DNA of 64,000 nucleotides from Paraphysomonas bandaiensis (lineage: Eukaryota; Protista; Chrysophyceae). Location: positions 6,921 to 70,920 of the forward strand of contig CBFFRP010000190.1 in NCBI GenBank assembly GCA_965644295.1. Reading direction: 5' to 3'. The position numbers and the translations under genes were made by a program. The notes under the pieces are model-generated. The model worked only from the letters and a program-made list of their open reading frames with translations. It was not told where the DNA came from and made no database searches. This document shows, in pieces, positions 48,826 through 60,965 of this stretch (positions are counted from its first letter, which is position 1; each line of letters begins with the position of its first letter).

Positions 48826-51800
48826 CTAGTAGTAACCCCCTCCTTTAGGCGCTCGACCACCACCAGGAATAAATTGGCCTCCTTTATAGAATCTCGCTTC
48901 TCCTCCACTGCTACCTGAATAGTGTGAGGACATCGCAGGAGATGAAGGAGAGGTATAGTACCCCAAACGCTGAGGTGTAGAACGTGAAGAGTAAGCACGT
49001 TGGGGGTGAGGAATATCTCGAGAATACATATCTCGAGCATATGCCCCTCCAGCAGGAGCTCTCCATCCACTTGGCATAAACTGCCCTCCCTTATAAAATT
49101 TATCAGTCGCTCCACTACCACCATGTTCAGGCGATATAAGACAATCCACACCAACAGGGCTTGACTGAACCTGAGAAGCCCTTCTCGTCTTCACAGGAGT
49201 GCGTAAAATACCAATGGTTTCTGGATCACTTTGCCGCTGAGCAAAGGATCTATTCCCAACCAATTGTCTTCCCCTTGAAGTGCGCATATCCGGAGTGCCA
49301 TCATTCTTCAGTCCTGTCTGAACTCTCCCCTGATTCTCTTCCTCCAATTGCAAGGCCAGTGCCAACGACTCGGCTTCCAAATCTCTTTGCTTGGCAAGCT
49401 CGCGTCCCTTCGATGTACGCATATCAGGAGTGCCATCATTCTTCAGTCCTGTCTGAACTCTCCCCTGATTCTCTTCCTCCAATTGCAAGGCCAGTGCCAA
49501 CGACTCGGCTTCCAAATCTCTTTGCTTGGCAAGCTCGCGTCCCTTCGATGTACGCATATCAGGAGTGCCATCATTCTTCAGTCCTGACTGAACTCTCCCC
49601 TGATTCTCTTCCTCCAATTGCAAGGCCAGTGCCAACGACTCGGCTTCCAAATCTCTTTGCTTGGCAAGCTCGCGTCCCTTCGATGTACGCATATCAGGAG
49701 TGCCATCATTCTTCAGTCCTGACTGAACTCTCCCCTGATTCTCTTCCTCCAATTGCAAGGCCAGTGCCAACGACTCGGCTTCCAAATCTCTTTGCTTGGC
49801 AAGCTCGCGTCCCTTCGACGTACGCATATCAGGAGTGCCATCATTCTTCAGTCCTGTCTGAACTCTCCCCTGATTCTCTTCCTCCAATTGCAAGGCCAGT
49901 GCCAACGACTCGGCTTCCAAATCTCTTTGCTTGGCAAGCTCGCGTCCCTTCGATGTACGCATATCAGGAGTGCCATCATTCTTCAGTCCTGACTGAACTC
50001 TCCCCTGATTCTCTTCCTCCAATTGCAAGGCCAGTGCCAACGACTCGGCTTCCAAATTTCTTTGCTTGGCAAGCTCGCGTCCCTTCGACGTACGCATATC
50101 AGGAGTGCCATCATTCTTCAGTCCTGACTGAACTCTCCCCTGATTCTCTTCCTCCAATTGCAAGGCCAGTGCCAACGACTCGGCTTCCAAATCTCTTTGC
50201 TTGGCAAGCTCGCGTCCCTTCGACGTACGCATATCAGGAGTGCCATCATTCTTCAGTCCTGACTGAACTCTCCCCTGATTCTCTTCCTCCAATTGCAAGG
50301 CCAGTGCCAACGACTCGGCTTCCAAATCTCTTTGCTTGGCAAGCTCGCGTCCCTTCGATGTACGCATATCAGGAGTGCCATCATTCTTCAGTCCTGACTG
50401 AACTCTCCCCTGATTCTCTTCCTCCAATTGCAAGGCCAGTGCCAACGACTCGGCTTCCAAATCTCTTTGCTTGGCAAGCTCGCGTCCCTTCGATGTACGC
50501 ATATCAGGAGTGCCATCATTCTTCAGTCCTGACTGAACTCTCCCCTGATTCTCTTCCTCCAATTGCAAGGCCAGTGCCAACGACTCGGCTTCCAAATCTC
50601 TTTGCTTGGCAAGCTCGCGTCCCTTCGAAGTACGCATATCAGGAGTGCCATCTTTTTTGGTGCCTTCATTTGCCCGCCTTGCAATTTCTTTACCTTTAGT
50701 CGTTCTCATATCAGGAGTTCCATCATCCTTCCTGCCTGTCCGTTTCCTGGCATCGGTAACGTAGTAAGGTCTACGGCTTTCACCCTCACGCACGGATGTG
50801 ATTTCGATGTTACTACGACATATCTTATGTCCATCACCGTCTCGTATCTCGGTGAAAGTACGCACAAAAGCTGCAATAACCTTCTCAGGCATGAGGTTTT
50901 TTGAGGCACATACAATAGCTACAATCCTGCGTGCTCTATCTGCAGCAGGTTTCGAGAGTGTCCCTCCTTCCAATATAACTTTCCTAATTTCTTTATCCAG
51001 AGCTAGATCCCCTTTGTCAGACATAGTTCTACTTCCCGACATGTTCCCATTGCGAGTCTTGAGTTGCAGATTGTCATTCCGGTTCATTGCGCGTACAACT
51101 GCTTCAGCCTCTGATCTTGTCAGTGAAGTACCTTGAATACGGAACACACAGTCAGTTACCTCAAATGACTGAATGTGAGAGGAGTTAGTAGTCCGCACTA
51201 CCAAATCCTTTGACTGGACAAGGGCTGACTTCCCTGGGATTACATCACCGTCCTCATCCAATTTCACAAGACCATTCCTGTAAGCTGTGCACCGTTTGTC
51301 AACTTTACCATTTGAAGTCAACTTCACCACACCAGTAGATACTGCTTTAGATTGTAAGGGGTTGATCTCATTGCAGACAACTCCGCGCTTCTTGAATCCC
51401 AATGCAGGGAAAGAAATACCAAATTTCTTAGACAAATCGGTCCGTGAGAATGAGCCAGTGATAGTACCGAGAGACTGATTATGCACATTAGACGCAACAG
51501 ACTCATCATATAGTGCTTTTATATGTTGATCGGTCATTCCGACATCTTTCAAGCTTTGCTTGAGATCGTCAACACCCAGTCCGTGCTCGAGGTCGTCAAC
51601 ACTCAGTCTGTGCTCGAGGTCGTCAACACCCAGTCCGTGCTCGAGGTCGTCAACACTCAGTCTGTGCTCGAGGTCGTCAACACCCAGTCCGTGCTCGAGG
51701 TCGTCAACACCCAGTCCGTGCTTGACGCTCTCAGAGATAGAATCATTGTACAGTATCTCTATAGCCCCAGGGCTCAAGCCAGTATCACTTAAATTCTCTT

Positions 51801-51831
51801 TCAATTCTGCTAAATCATACTCATATGTCAT
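48826..51831 (-). CDS. About 1000-aa repeat protein: HNH-like segment, 12 DGTPDMR motifs, 10 MIU/UIM-like helices, two FYKGGQF.P.G.RAP.GG motifs
   Basis: Single open frame of 3 kb, including about 1.1 kb upstream and 0.45 kb downstream of the array; first ATG at 51831. Confidence 0.8.
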   Translation of the reverse strand: MTYEYDLAELKENLSDTGLSPGAIEILYNDSISESVKHGLGVDDLEHGLGVDDLEHRLSVDDLEHGLGVDDLEHRLSVDDLEHGLGVDDLKQSLKDVGMTDQHIKALYDESVASNVHNQSLGTITGSFSRTDLSKKFGISFPALGFKKRGVVCNEINPLQSKAVSTGVVKLTSNGKVDKRCTAYRNGLVKLDEDGDVIPGKSALVQSKDLVVRTTNSSHIQSFEVTDCVFRIQGTSLTRSEAEAVVRAMNRNDNLQLKTRNGNMSGSRTMSDKGDLALDKEIRKVILEGGTLSKPAADRARRIVAIVCASKNLMPEKVIAAFVRTFTEIRDGDGHKICRSNIEITSVREGESRRPYYVTDARKRTGRKDDGTPDMRTTKGKEIARRANEGTKKDGTPDMRTSKGRELAKQRDLEAESLALALQLEEENQGRVQSGLKNDGTPDMRTSKGRELAKQRDLEAESLALALQLEEENQGRVQSGLKNDGTPDMRTSKGRELAKQRDLEAESLALALQLEEENQGRVQSGLKNDGTPDMRTSKGRELAKQRDLEAESLALALQLEEENQGRVQSGLKNDGTPDMRTSKGRELAKQRNLEAESLALALQLEEENQGRVQSGLKNDGTPDMRTSKGRELAKQRDLEAESLALALQLEEENQGRVQTGLKNDGTPDMRTSKGRELAKQRDLEAESLALALQLEEENQGRVQSGLKNDGTPDMRTSKGRELAKQRDLEAESLALALQLEEENQGRVQSGLKNDGTPDMRTSKGRELAKQRDLEAESLALALQLEEENQGRVQTGLKNDGTPDMRTSKGRELAKQRDLEAESLALALQLEEENQGRVQTGLKNDGTPDMRTSRGRQLVGNRSFAQRQSDPETIGILRTPVKTRRASQVQSSPVGVDCLISPEHGGSGATDKFYKGGQFMPSGWRAPAGGAYARDMYSRDIPHPQRAYSSRSTPQRLGYYTSPSSPAMSSHYSGSSGGEARFYKGGQFIPGGGRAPKGGGYY
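49275..50655 (-). repeat. Coding tandem array, 10 x 135 bp (45 aa), near-identical
   Basis: aattgcaaggccagtgccaa recurs every 135 bp from about 49346 to 50561. Confidence 0.97.
51560..51721 (-). repeat. Coding tandem array, 6 x 27 bp (H[GL/RL][G/S]VDDLE)
   Basis: gtgctcgaggtcgtcaacac recurs every 27 bp. Confidence 0.95.
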
Positions 51832-52444
51832 CGTTGTTAAATCCAACTTCTACTCTATTTTAATTTAGTTTGTCATGTGATGGTGTTGTGAGGTGCTGTG
51901 ATTCTAATCTCTGACCCTGCTATGGTTAGGCAGCTACTGCTCCTGTACTTCGTAGATATCATCTTGATACGCACCTCCCCATAGCGTATACACCTGCTGT
52001 GTATATGTATATGTGTGGGGTTCAAGACCTGTTCTAGGACTCTTCCTGGAATTTCTTGATCATATACAGCAGAGTACAGAGTGTATACATGATTTTTTGG
52101 AAATACACTATGCACAAATACTGCACTGCACTCTGTACAGCAGAGTATAGCTGTGCAAAACTAGGAAAATCCTACTTTTTTAGAACAAAAGTTTTCAAAA
52201 AGGTAAGATTTCTCTGTAAGTCTACCATATAGTGCTGCGTATATATGAATGTGTGCTGCATATATGGTACGAATATAACGACATGATTTTGTCGTTAAGA
52301 CCATCACATGACTCTGCAGTCCCATAAACGACATCAACGTAATCTACATATCATACAAGGCTCAAAGAAGATGTATATATCTGTACTGAACCCCTCTCTA
52401 CACTTCTAATCCTATAACTAATACCAGTGAAGCTTTCATTCACA

Positions 52445-54593
52445 ATGAGCACCTCTGATATGGTCAATCTCCGTTGGCAACATATACGTGCAGTAGAGGC
52501 TGGACAGAGCCAACAACAGGAAATAATACGATTAAAGCAATTGCTACAAGAGAAAGATAAGACAGAGGGGTCCTATAAAGAGAAACATAATCAACAGCGT
52601 CGCAGATTGTGTGCTGATATTCGTCAACTCAAAATTAATTTGGAGAGTTTGAAATCAGAACTGATAGCAAGCAAAACTAAATATGCTGTAGACGTCGGGT
52701 CCATGAGCTCTCAATTTACTAAACTGGCGAGTGCTATCAACAAGCTGTCTGTAAGTAGGGCCGACGCTTCTGACAGAGAGAAAATGCAGGCTACGGAATT
52801 GTACAATTTGCGGCTCAAGTTAAGTGAACAGGAACAACGAGCGAAGCTGTTGAGCGAAAAGTCATCTGGTCAGTCACAGTTGCTTGTTGCAATGCGTGTT
52901 TAATTGAAGTGCAGGGGATATATCACGACTGCGTAGTGAGATCGTCAGCCTCAGAGAAGCACATGAAAAAACATCAGCTGAGAGCGAAGCGAAATCTAAG
53001 CAGATTTCTTTACTCCAAGATGAAAAACAAGCCTTGACAGAGAAATTTGATGTAAGTTTATTTCGAAATGTAGATGCGATCTATAGGATATTACATTTGT
53101 GTATATACCAAGTCATCGTGTCTAATCCTCGTTGCAAATAGTTGGCTAGTAGTAAGATATCCACACTTCAGAAGGCGATGAAGAAAGCCCAGGAAGAAGA
53201 AAGAACTAAGTATGAGTCGCAATTACGTGAACAAACTAATACACTGGAACAGTATGAGGAGGTACAGTTTGTAAATAAAAAATGAGCTGTGAACACACAA
53301 CATTAGAATTAATTTTACCGTATTACTGTATTTTGTGAGTTGTCTAAGCTTGTAACTTGTGCAGCACATTCGCAGTTTAGAGTTATCTAATCGAGAACTA
53401 ACTGAAGAAAATGCCAAGCTTAGATCCGAGGTATGTCGGCTGTATGGTTTTCTCATATTCTGTGCTGTGAAGACGTAATTCAGGCCGTAGACAGCTGTTA
53501 ATAGAAACAGAGCATGATTAATAGTATGGTTGCACCTTCAGGTGGATAGGCTGATCGCTGCTCAGAGTGTGCCGAAGAAGTCACAGTTTTCGAAGTATGT
53601 GGATCTCAAAGTGGAGAATGCAAACCTTCAGGTACGTTTTGAATTCATCACAGTGCTGCACACTGTCGTGTACAGTGTGTGATAGCGCACTATATATTTT
53701 GTAATATATGTGTTGCAGGCGAAGGTGTCGGAGATCGAAAGGCGACAGTCTATGTTTCCCGCACGCCGTATGTCTAGTATGCCCTCCCAAGAGCGCAAGT
53801 CTTCCAATGCTGAGCGTCGTTCGACTACTTATGGGCAGGTGGGATCAAGCTCGGCCTCTGGGGAGAGAAGGGAGTCGCATAGGCGAGTTTTTAGCTCTCA
53901 GACCCCCCCGTTGGAATCACAGGAAAATAATGCTTTAGATGGTTTGGATATGATGACTTTTAGTGTAATGATTTAATTGGACTGTTATTAGGCAATTCTG
54001 TTAATAATAGTAGTGCACAGTCTTCCCGCCGCCCCTCCCAAGATCACACGGTTTCCTTCGATTCTAAACCTCAATCTGTCGACAATTCTGCCGACAGCGA
54101 CGGGAGCAATGACTTAGTCCTCGCGAAGAAGCCCTTCCAGCCAAACCCGCCTATATCTCCTCCAACGTCAGGTTTTGTATCTCGGCAGTCAGCTAGGGGT
54201 TTAGATAAAGGGTTTCCGATACCTAATCAGAAAAATCAAACGAGTGCACAAGAAAAAAAGAAAGAACCAAGACCTTCGCAATATCGTATTGATTCGACTG
54301 AGACCAGTCTTGACTTTACATCTGGACTCACCGGAAGCAACGTCCGTAGACGACCAACAATAAGAACTAATTCTTCTGGAACTGAAAAGTCACCTCGACC
54401 AGCAACAAGTGAACCAAGTCGTTCCCCACGTGTAACATCCATTTCGTTTAATAATCCTGCAGGCAAAAATGTGACCCATCGGACTGGTAATCAGCCAGTA
54501 GCTGTTGATGTTGGTGTTCCTTTAATGGGGAAATCTACTCGAGAGAGTCTAAGACAAAGAAGTGGAGCTTCTAATGTTGATTATTCTGTATAG
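52445..54593 (+). CDS. Coiled-coil protein with Ser-rich disordered tail, multi-exon
   Basis: Heptad-rich exons (52445-, 52915-, 53143-, 53375-, 53542-, 53719-, 53992-) with GT-AG boundaries; no family recognised. Confidence 0.6.
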
Positions 54594-54808
54594 TTTTGTA
54601 CTCCAACTAGATTTTAGTTCGTCCTATACAATTGTAAGTTCGTGTTGCAGATTTATATGATCCTATTTTGTATCCTAAGTAATATTCTATTTTCTGATCA
54701 ATCTTGTTTAGCAAGGTCTAGCAAGAATGTAGTGAACACACAGTCCTGATAAAGTAGGCTTTTGACAAGTAGATTTTGTTTAGAAAAAACTGCACTACGT
54801 TTATTTCT

Positions 54809-55045
54809 TGTTAGAGTCGGGCATTGCACTGAACTTAACCTTGCTCTTCAAGTAAGCCTCAACCATACATGTTACACATTCATATTCACATATACACATA
54901 TAATTATTGACAACATCTGATGAACATGTGTTTACGGAAACATCTGTTGATCATATGTTCATCATTCACTCCTATATCTTTTATAGCCACGCATCAGTGG
55001 AAGCTAAATTTAATTCATTTGTAACTATATTCACCCAGCTCAACA
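54809..55045 (-). repeat. Degenerate solo LTR related to Copia B LTR
   Basis: tgttag...cactgaacttaaccttgctct...tcatatgttcatca...aatttaattc.tttgtaactata..tcaccc...ctcaaca; no convincing TSD. Confidence 0.75.
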
Positions 55046-55511
55046 CTTTTAACCACAATGTGAGATAGTTTTATACGAAAACGAAGTCTCGTACAACTAA
55101 ACAAGAAACTAGAACACTGTTGTGACCTTGTCTGTTAAAGTGTATTTCTAATATCTGGTTTACACTGATATCCTTAACAGCTACACAGACTTAATATTAT
55201 AGTTACTAGCTATATCAAGTGCACTTTTAACATTATAAAAATACATTTCCTAGTGCATTTGAGACTTGGTAATGTTGGAAGTGCTCTGGGAAAAGCAGCT
55301 CCGAGGTGAGAGAAGGGTTTTGGGAGGAGCAACATTTCTCGAATGCCAACATGAATGCTGGATTGATAGAGAAAGTTTATAGCGTGGTAGCGGTACGATT
55401 GATTAATACATAGAGTGTAAAGTATCACCAAATGCGCCGACTGCGTATCACTTGTAGGAGTGAGTGATATGAGATGATTTTCTTCTCTAACCCTAATCTT
55501 GACCCTAACCC

Positions 55512-55804
55512 TGTTGGGAAATGCTCATTTTACTTAGATCAAAGAGAGATTAAGTTGTTAGACTAGATAGATTTATTAATATCGTTTACACAAATTGTGT
55601 TAAACAACACAAGCTCGTTTTGTGCCATGCATAAATCACTACTTCTGTAGACCTTTCGCTACTAAACATATCTTGAAAGAGCAAACTATTTCAGTTTTCT
55701 CAATATCATAACAGCATCTACACATCACCATACTTCACTGTATTCTCGTACATTGTCTTCAAGTACCACATTGAATATACTAGGATACAGTCCATATTCT
55801 AATA
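55512..55804 (-). repeat. 3' LTR of Copia C (TA...CA on element strand)
   Basis: Direct repeat of 60673-60965. Confidence 0.97.
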
Positions 55805-55977
55805 CTCCCACTCAATGTAGAATGCAGTGATACGAAACAACAATGAGTACAGTGATCTTCATGCTATAAACTAGTCTCATAGGTAAAATAGATGTGAAAT
55901 CTTATCAAGATACATATATAACTAGCAGTCAACTAGATATATAGTTATGTGGGATTCTCACCCACTAAAACACACCT

Positions 55978-58900
55978 TTAACCTCTTCGGGGTCGCTTCT
56001 TCTGCTGCTCCTCAACTCTGGTTGACACACTTCTCTTAACCCCGGTAATAGTTTTCTCATGACGACTGAAAAGTTTCGTTGACAATGCCTTCGTGAAAAT
56101 ATCAGCCGCCATATCATCCGTCGACACATGAATCAACTTTGCCGTAGGAAATTTTCCATTTACATGCTCTCTCACCCAGTGATACTTGATGTCTATATGC
56201 TTCGACCTCTTATGATACACAGGATTCTCGGAGAGATCTTTCGCACTCTTGCTATCCATAAAGAATGGAGTCGGCTTCGCAACTAAGAGCCCGAGCTCCT
56301 TGAACACCCCCGAAGCCACACCAGTTCTTGCATAGCCGCATACTCCGCCATATATTCAGATTCCATGCTCGAAGTTGCAACTGTGGTCTGTAGTTTAGAC
56401 TGCCAGGCCAATGCGCCTGCACATAAGAACACAATGTATCCTGTTGTCGATCGCCGAGTCAGTCTATCACCAGCCCAATCTGAATCACTGAACACATGTA
56501 AGTCGAACTCACTCCCACTGAATCTGATGCCCTCATCAATTGTTCCACGCAAATATTTCAATAAGTGAATCGCCAGTTTGCACGATGCATATGTCGGACA
56601 ACTACTAAATCGAGACAATAACCCCACTGCATAAGCCAGATCAGGTCTAGTATGCATTGCTAGATACAACACTGCTCCAATAATTTGCCGATACGGAAAT
56701 GAGTCAACCCACTGCTTCTGCTCCTCCGTAAGTTCACGTTCCTCTGCCAACAGATCCTGAACATTAGTAGGTAGTGGGGCCTCCTTATTCTTACTACTCT
56801 TTCCCATAACTGAGCTGAATTTCTTGATAATATTCTTAGCATACTCAGATTGATCTAACATATACCAATTTTCTCCTCTGGTTATCCTGATGTTCAGAAA
56901 TCGCTTACACACTCCCAGATCATGCATCTCGAATGTTTCACAGAACCTACGCTTTACGCTTTCCAAGTAAGTCAGATCAGCGGATGCAATTATGATATCA
57001 TCAACATATATCAATAATAAATGCAGTTTTCCGTTACTCCATCGCATATACAAACACGTATCCAAAATACACGGAGTAAAATGCAATGATTTAATAAACT
57101 TGTCAATATGTTTATTCCACTGTCGCGGTGAAGATCGCAGTCCATACAATGCCTTGATTAGTTGAAAACACCATCCAGCTAGTAATTCCTCATCTGGTGG
57201 AGGTGCCATATACACGTCATCCTCCAGATCTGCATAGCAAAATGCGGATGATACATCTAATTGATGCACATGCATCTGTAACATAAACGCAATCGCTAAC
57301 ACTAGTCTAATGGTTATACCCTTAACCACTGGAGCGAAAGTGGACGGCTCCTCCTCCTTCTTCTCTTGGAGATTTCCTAATGCCACTAGCCGAGCCTTGT
57401 ACTTTACTATATTCCCTAGTATGTCTCGCTTCACCGTATGCACATATTTCGCTCTAACTAATTTCACTCCGCTTGGAATTTTCACGATCTTCAAGACACG
57501 TCTTTTCAGCAATGATGTCTTCTCCACCATTCGAGCTTTTCTCCATTGTTGATACTGTGGAGATCTCTCTGCCTCGGCATATGAATTTGGTATCTTGATA
57601 TCTTCTGTCTCTGCATGGTTAAGATCAATATTATGCGCATCCGGTACTTCAACCATATTAATCTCTCCTAAAACTGACGCGTTTGCCAGTCTCCGCTGCA
57701 GCCGTTTGCGTCGGACCCGACCATCACCATCTAGTTCAATCGGTCGACGAGGTATATAAGAACCCGTACCTTGCTCATCCTGAGCACGCACATCGTGCGT
57801 TGTGGGAGGAGCCCCGCTCACAACCCCAGACTCATAGTCTTCAGAGGTCTGCAACCTCACAGCTGTCTCCTGACAGGTTGGGTCAGGACTCTCCTGTAAC
57901 CCTCCAGGTCTTCCCTGGTCCAGCACCCTGGCTGGCATAGTACTCAGGGCGTCCCCCTTTCCTATATATCCGGTATTCCCGGGAGTTTCTGCAGTCATTC
58001 GCACTACGTCCTCGACGTGAATCGGCACCCGGTGCTCGATATGCTTCCGACCTGCAGTTACCAGAGATCGATAGGCTACTATTACCCCCTTTCGTTCTAC
58101 TACTCTCGTGGTCTTGTAGAGAAGACCATCCTCATCATCAATATGATATGTACCTTCTAAGCCCGCATAGTCAGACACAATTTTCGGTCTCTCGGCCTCC
58201 TTCACTCGAAGAGCATCTATCTCAGCGAAATAGCTCTCCGAGCGTGACGGTATGGACTCATCAGTTAATACATGTACCGACGTGACGACCCTATCAGTCG
58301 CAGGTAGATATACATCATATCCTACCTTTTCATCTGAATATCCTATCAGATATCCGATAAGGGCCTTGTCGTCCCAGTCTTTCCGTCGATCCGCCTTTGT
58401 AGTGAGGACATACGCACGACACCCCCATACTCTGAGATATTTCAGGTTGGGAGCCTCACCAGTCAAAAATTCAAGAGGGGACATATACCCCTTCGCTGTC
58501 TTTGTAGGCAATCGAATTAATATGTACCTGGCTGCCATGTAGGCATCTAGCCAAAACTGTGAAGGCAATCCTGACTGAATCAGCATCGCTAATGTCATCT
58601 CACCACAGGTCCTGAATTTCCGCTCCTCAATCGCGTTCATCTCAGGAGAGTCCGTAGAGCTCCACGTATGTTGATAGCAACCCTGTGACCTAAGATATTG
58701 TCGCAGCTCATCACATATTAGCTCCCCTGCTCCATCTGCATGGTAATGATGCATTTCTAATTTGTACCTTTTCACATCTCCTTCAAAAATCTTCTTGAAA
58801 ACCTGCAGTACCGATGACCCAGTCCTATGAACAAGCCCTTCCGACCAGAACATCCGACTGGCATGGTGTGTTAGTTTGAGCACATATATTTCCCCTCCTC

Positions 58901-60689
58901 GAGCTGGACAATTTAAGTATACTGCTATATCGGCCGAGAAATTTGGACGAACGGAGTCCTCATCCTTTGTCCGAAAACTTACTCTGGTGATCTTCGCCCT
59001 GGCGCATACATCACATAGACACTGTTCTTTGGAAACACGTTTCGAGAGATGTTTTCGTTTCAGTCCAGTCCCAATAATTAGCATTCTTTTGTGGGCTTCT
59101 ACCAACGCATGCTTGTTAAAATGACCCGCTCTCCTATGTAACAGCTCCAGTTCATCCTCACCCGTACGGTCACTGAGATTTACTTCTGAATCACTGGATG
59201 TCGATACGTCTGGAAGCTCCAATAACTGCTGTGTTGGCACAGCAGTCATTCCATTCTTCATAGGTCCCTCCAACACCAGCTCATCCGTATTTCTGTCATA
59301 TATCTGTATACCATACCATACAGTAAATCGATATCCCATATCGTTCAACTTCCGTCCAGAACAAAGACACCGATTTATCTGACTTGATACCTCAATGTTC
59401 TTCCATGCTCCACGGGAACCTACACTCGTGACGCATATCTCTGACCCTTTTTTCGAACCATTAATAACCTTTGATGTGTGCATATGACTATCAAGTATAT
59501 TCACATCATTTATCAAAAACATTGATGACGAACAACAGGTATCAATGTATGTATAGTGAATATCCTCATGCACACTACTGCATATATTCGTCTCATACAC
59601 ATTACATGACAAGTGATACTCTTCCTGTTGCTCGATCATATTTGCTTCGTCTTCGTCAGACAAATCCGCTGGCTCTCCACGCCTGATGTTTTCAACTGTA
59701 AGTAGTCTTTTGTCTGGTTTCCTTCCATCTTGAAACCTCACAGCCTTGCTCTTGCTTTGCGAGTACTTCTTTTTCGATGCTGGACAATCGATGGCAAGAT
59801 GTTCCTTTGACTTACAATTTCTGCACCCAGTATATTCGGCACTTCCAGGTCGCTGCCCTGTAATCTCTGTATCCTTCTTCATCGGCTTCTTCTTACCGTT
59901 GTTCTTCTTACGATGATCCCTCTCTCTGCGATATCGTTTCTTACTGTCTATCAGGTTCAGCTCCTCCACTCTTTTACGCTTCTTCTCCAACGCTTCCTTC
60001 CCAGCCATAGTATCATCATAGCCTTCTATCTTACGTGATACAGTTACATAATTAACATCATCATCCATCAAGTATAATCCAACTCTCAGTTGAGCATACT
60101 CTTCATTGAGCAAGCCTTCTCGTAGTCGACTTGTTTTTGATACCTCCGAGATATCCTGCTGCTGCTCCTGTAGTTCCTTCAGCAGTAGTTCGAACCGTAG
60201 TACGTAGTCCTTCGCCGTCTCCTCCGGACGCATACGGAAAGAACCATATTGAGTTAAGAGGTCACTGATCCTATTTTGCTTCCCTCCAGCAAAACACTTC
60301 TTCAACTCATCAATCATTACATGTGTTTTGAACCTGTTTACACCACTCCCTTCTGCCTTGAACGCTTTGTGGGTAAGATGGAATTTACGCAGCGCTTTCG
60401 GGGAATGCTGCACCGCATCCCTGCAGTAAGAATAAGCTATGGCGTTCGCCTTCCAATACCTCTTCACAGCCTGTCTGTACGCCTTCTCCTCCATCAACGT
60501 AAGTGGCTGCTCCCCGAAGTCGCTCTCCTTAGGTGGCAGTTCCACCGCTACCTCGCTTTGTTCCTTCCTCATAAGGAATGTCTCGAAGTCCTCAATCCAT
60601 TGTTCAACGTTAGTCTCGTTGAACTGAGGAACTACTCCTCTATCCTCCTTCTCTCCTCCTCGCTCGCTACCATGTTGGGAAATGCTCAT
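55978..60689 (-). CDS. Copia C gag-pol polyprotein, single 1-nt frameshift in RNase H (G-run near 56307-56311)
   Basis: 1468-aa ORF with CCHC, YIDTC, HHCC, DDE, YVDD and DSDWAG, continuing in ORF 55978..56319 (KHIDIKYH, ADIFTK). Confidence 0.95.
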
Positions 60690-60965
60690 TTTACTTAGAT
60701 CAAAGAGAGATTAAGTTGTTAGACTAGATAGATTTATTAATATCGTTTACACAAATTGTGTTAAACAACACAAGCTCGTTTTGTGCCATGCATAAATCAC
60801 TACTTCTGTAGACCTTTCGCTACTAAACATATCTTGAAAGAGCAAACTATTTCAGTTTTCTCAATATCATAACAGCATCTACACATCACCATACTTCACT
60901 GTATTCTCGTACATTGTCTTCAAGTACCACATTGAATATACTAGGATACAGTCCATATTCTAATA
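60673..60965 (-). repeat. 5' LTR of Copia C
   Basis: Direct repeat of 55512-55804, adjacent to the PBS. Confidence 0.97.

Larger units (their letters stand above)
55512..60965 (-). mobile_element. Full-length Ty1/Copia LTR retrotransposon C
   Basis: 293-bp LTRs (55512-55804, 60673-60965) identical by eye, TSD AACCC, PBS TGGTAGCGAGCG (60661-60672), PPT ATTGAGTGGGAG (55805-55816). Confidence 0.97.

Noticed and set aside
49275-50655. CRISPR-like array
   Set aside because: The units are near-identical over all 135 bp with no unique spacers and stay in one reading frame; the context is eukaryotic with no cas genes.
49161-50699. 512-aa plus-strand ORF
   Set aside because: Antisense shadow of the coding tandem array; it is open only because the unit lacks stops in that frame.
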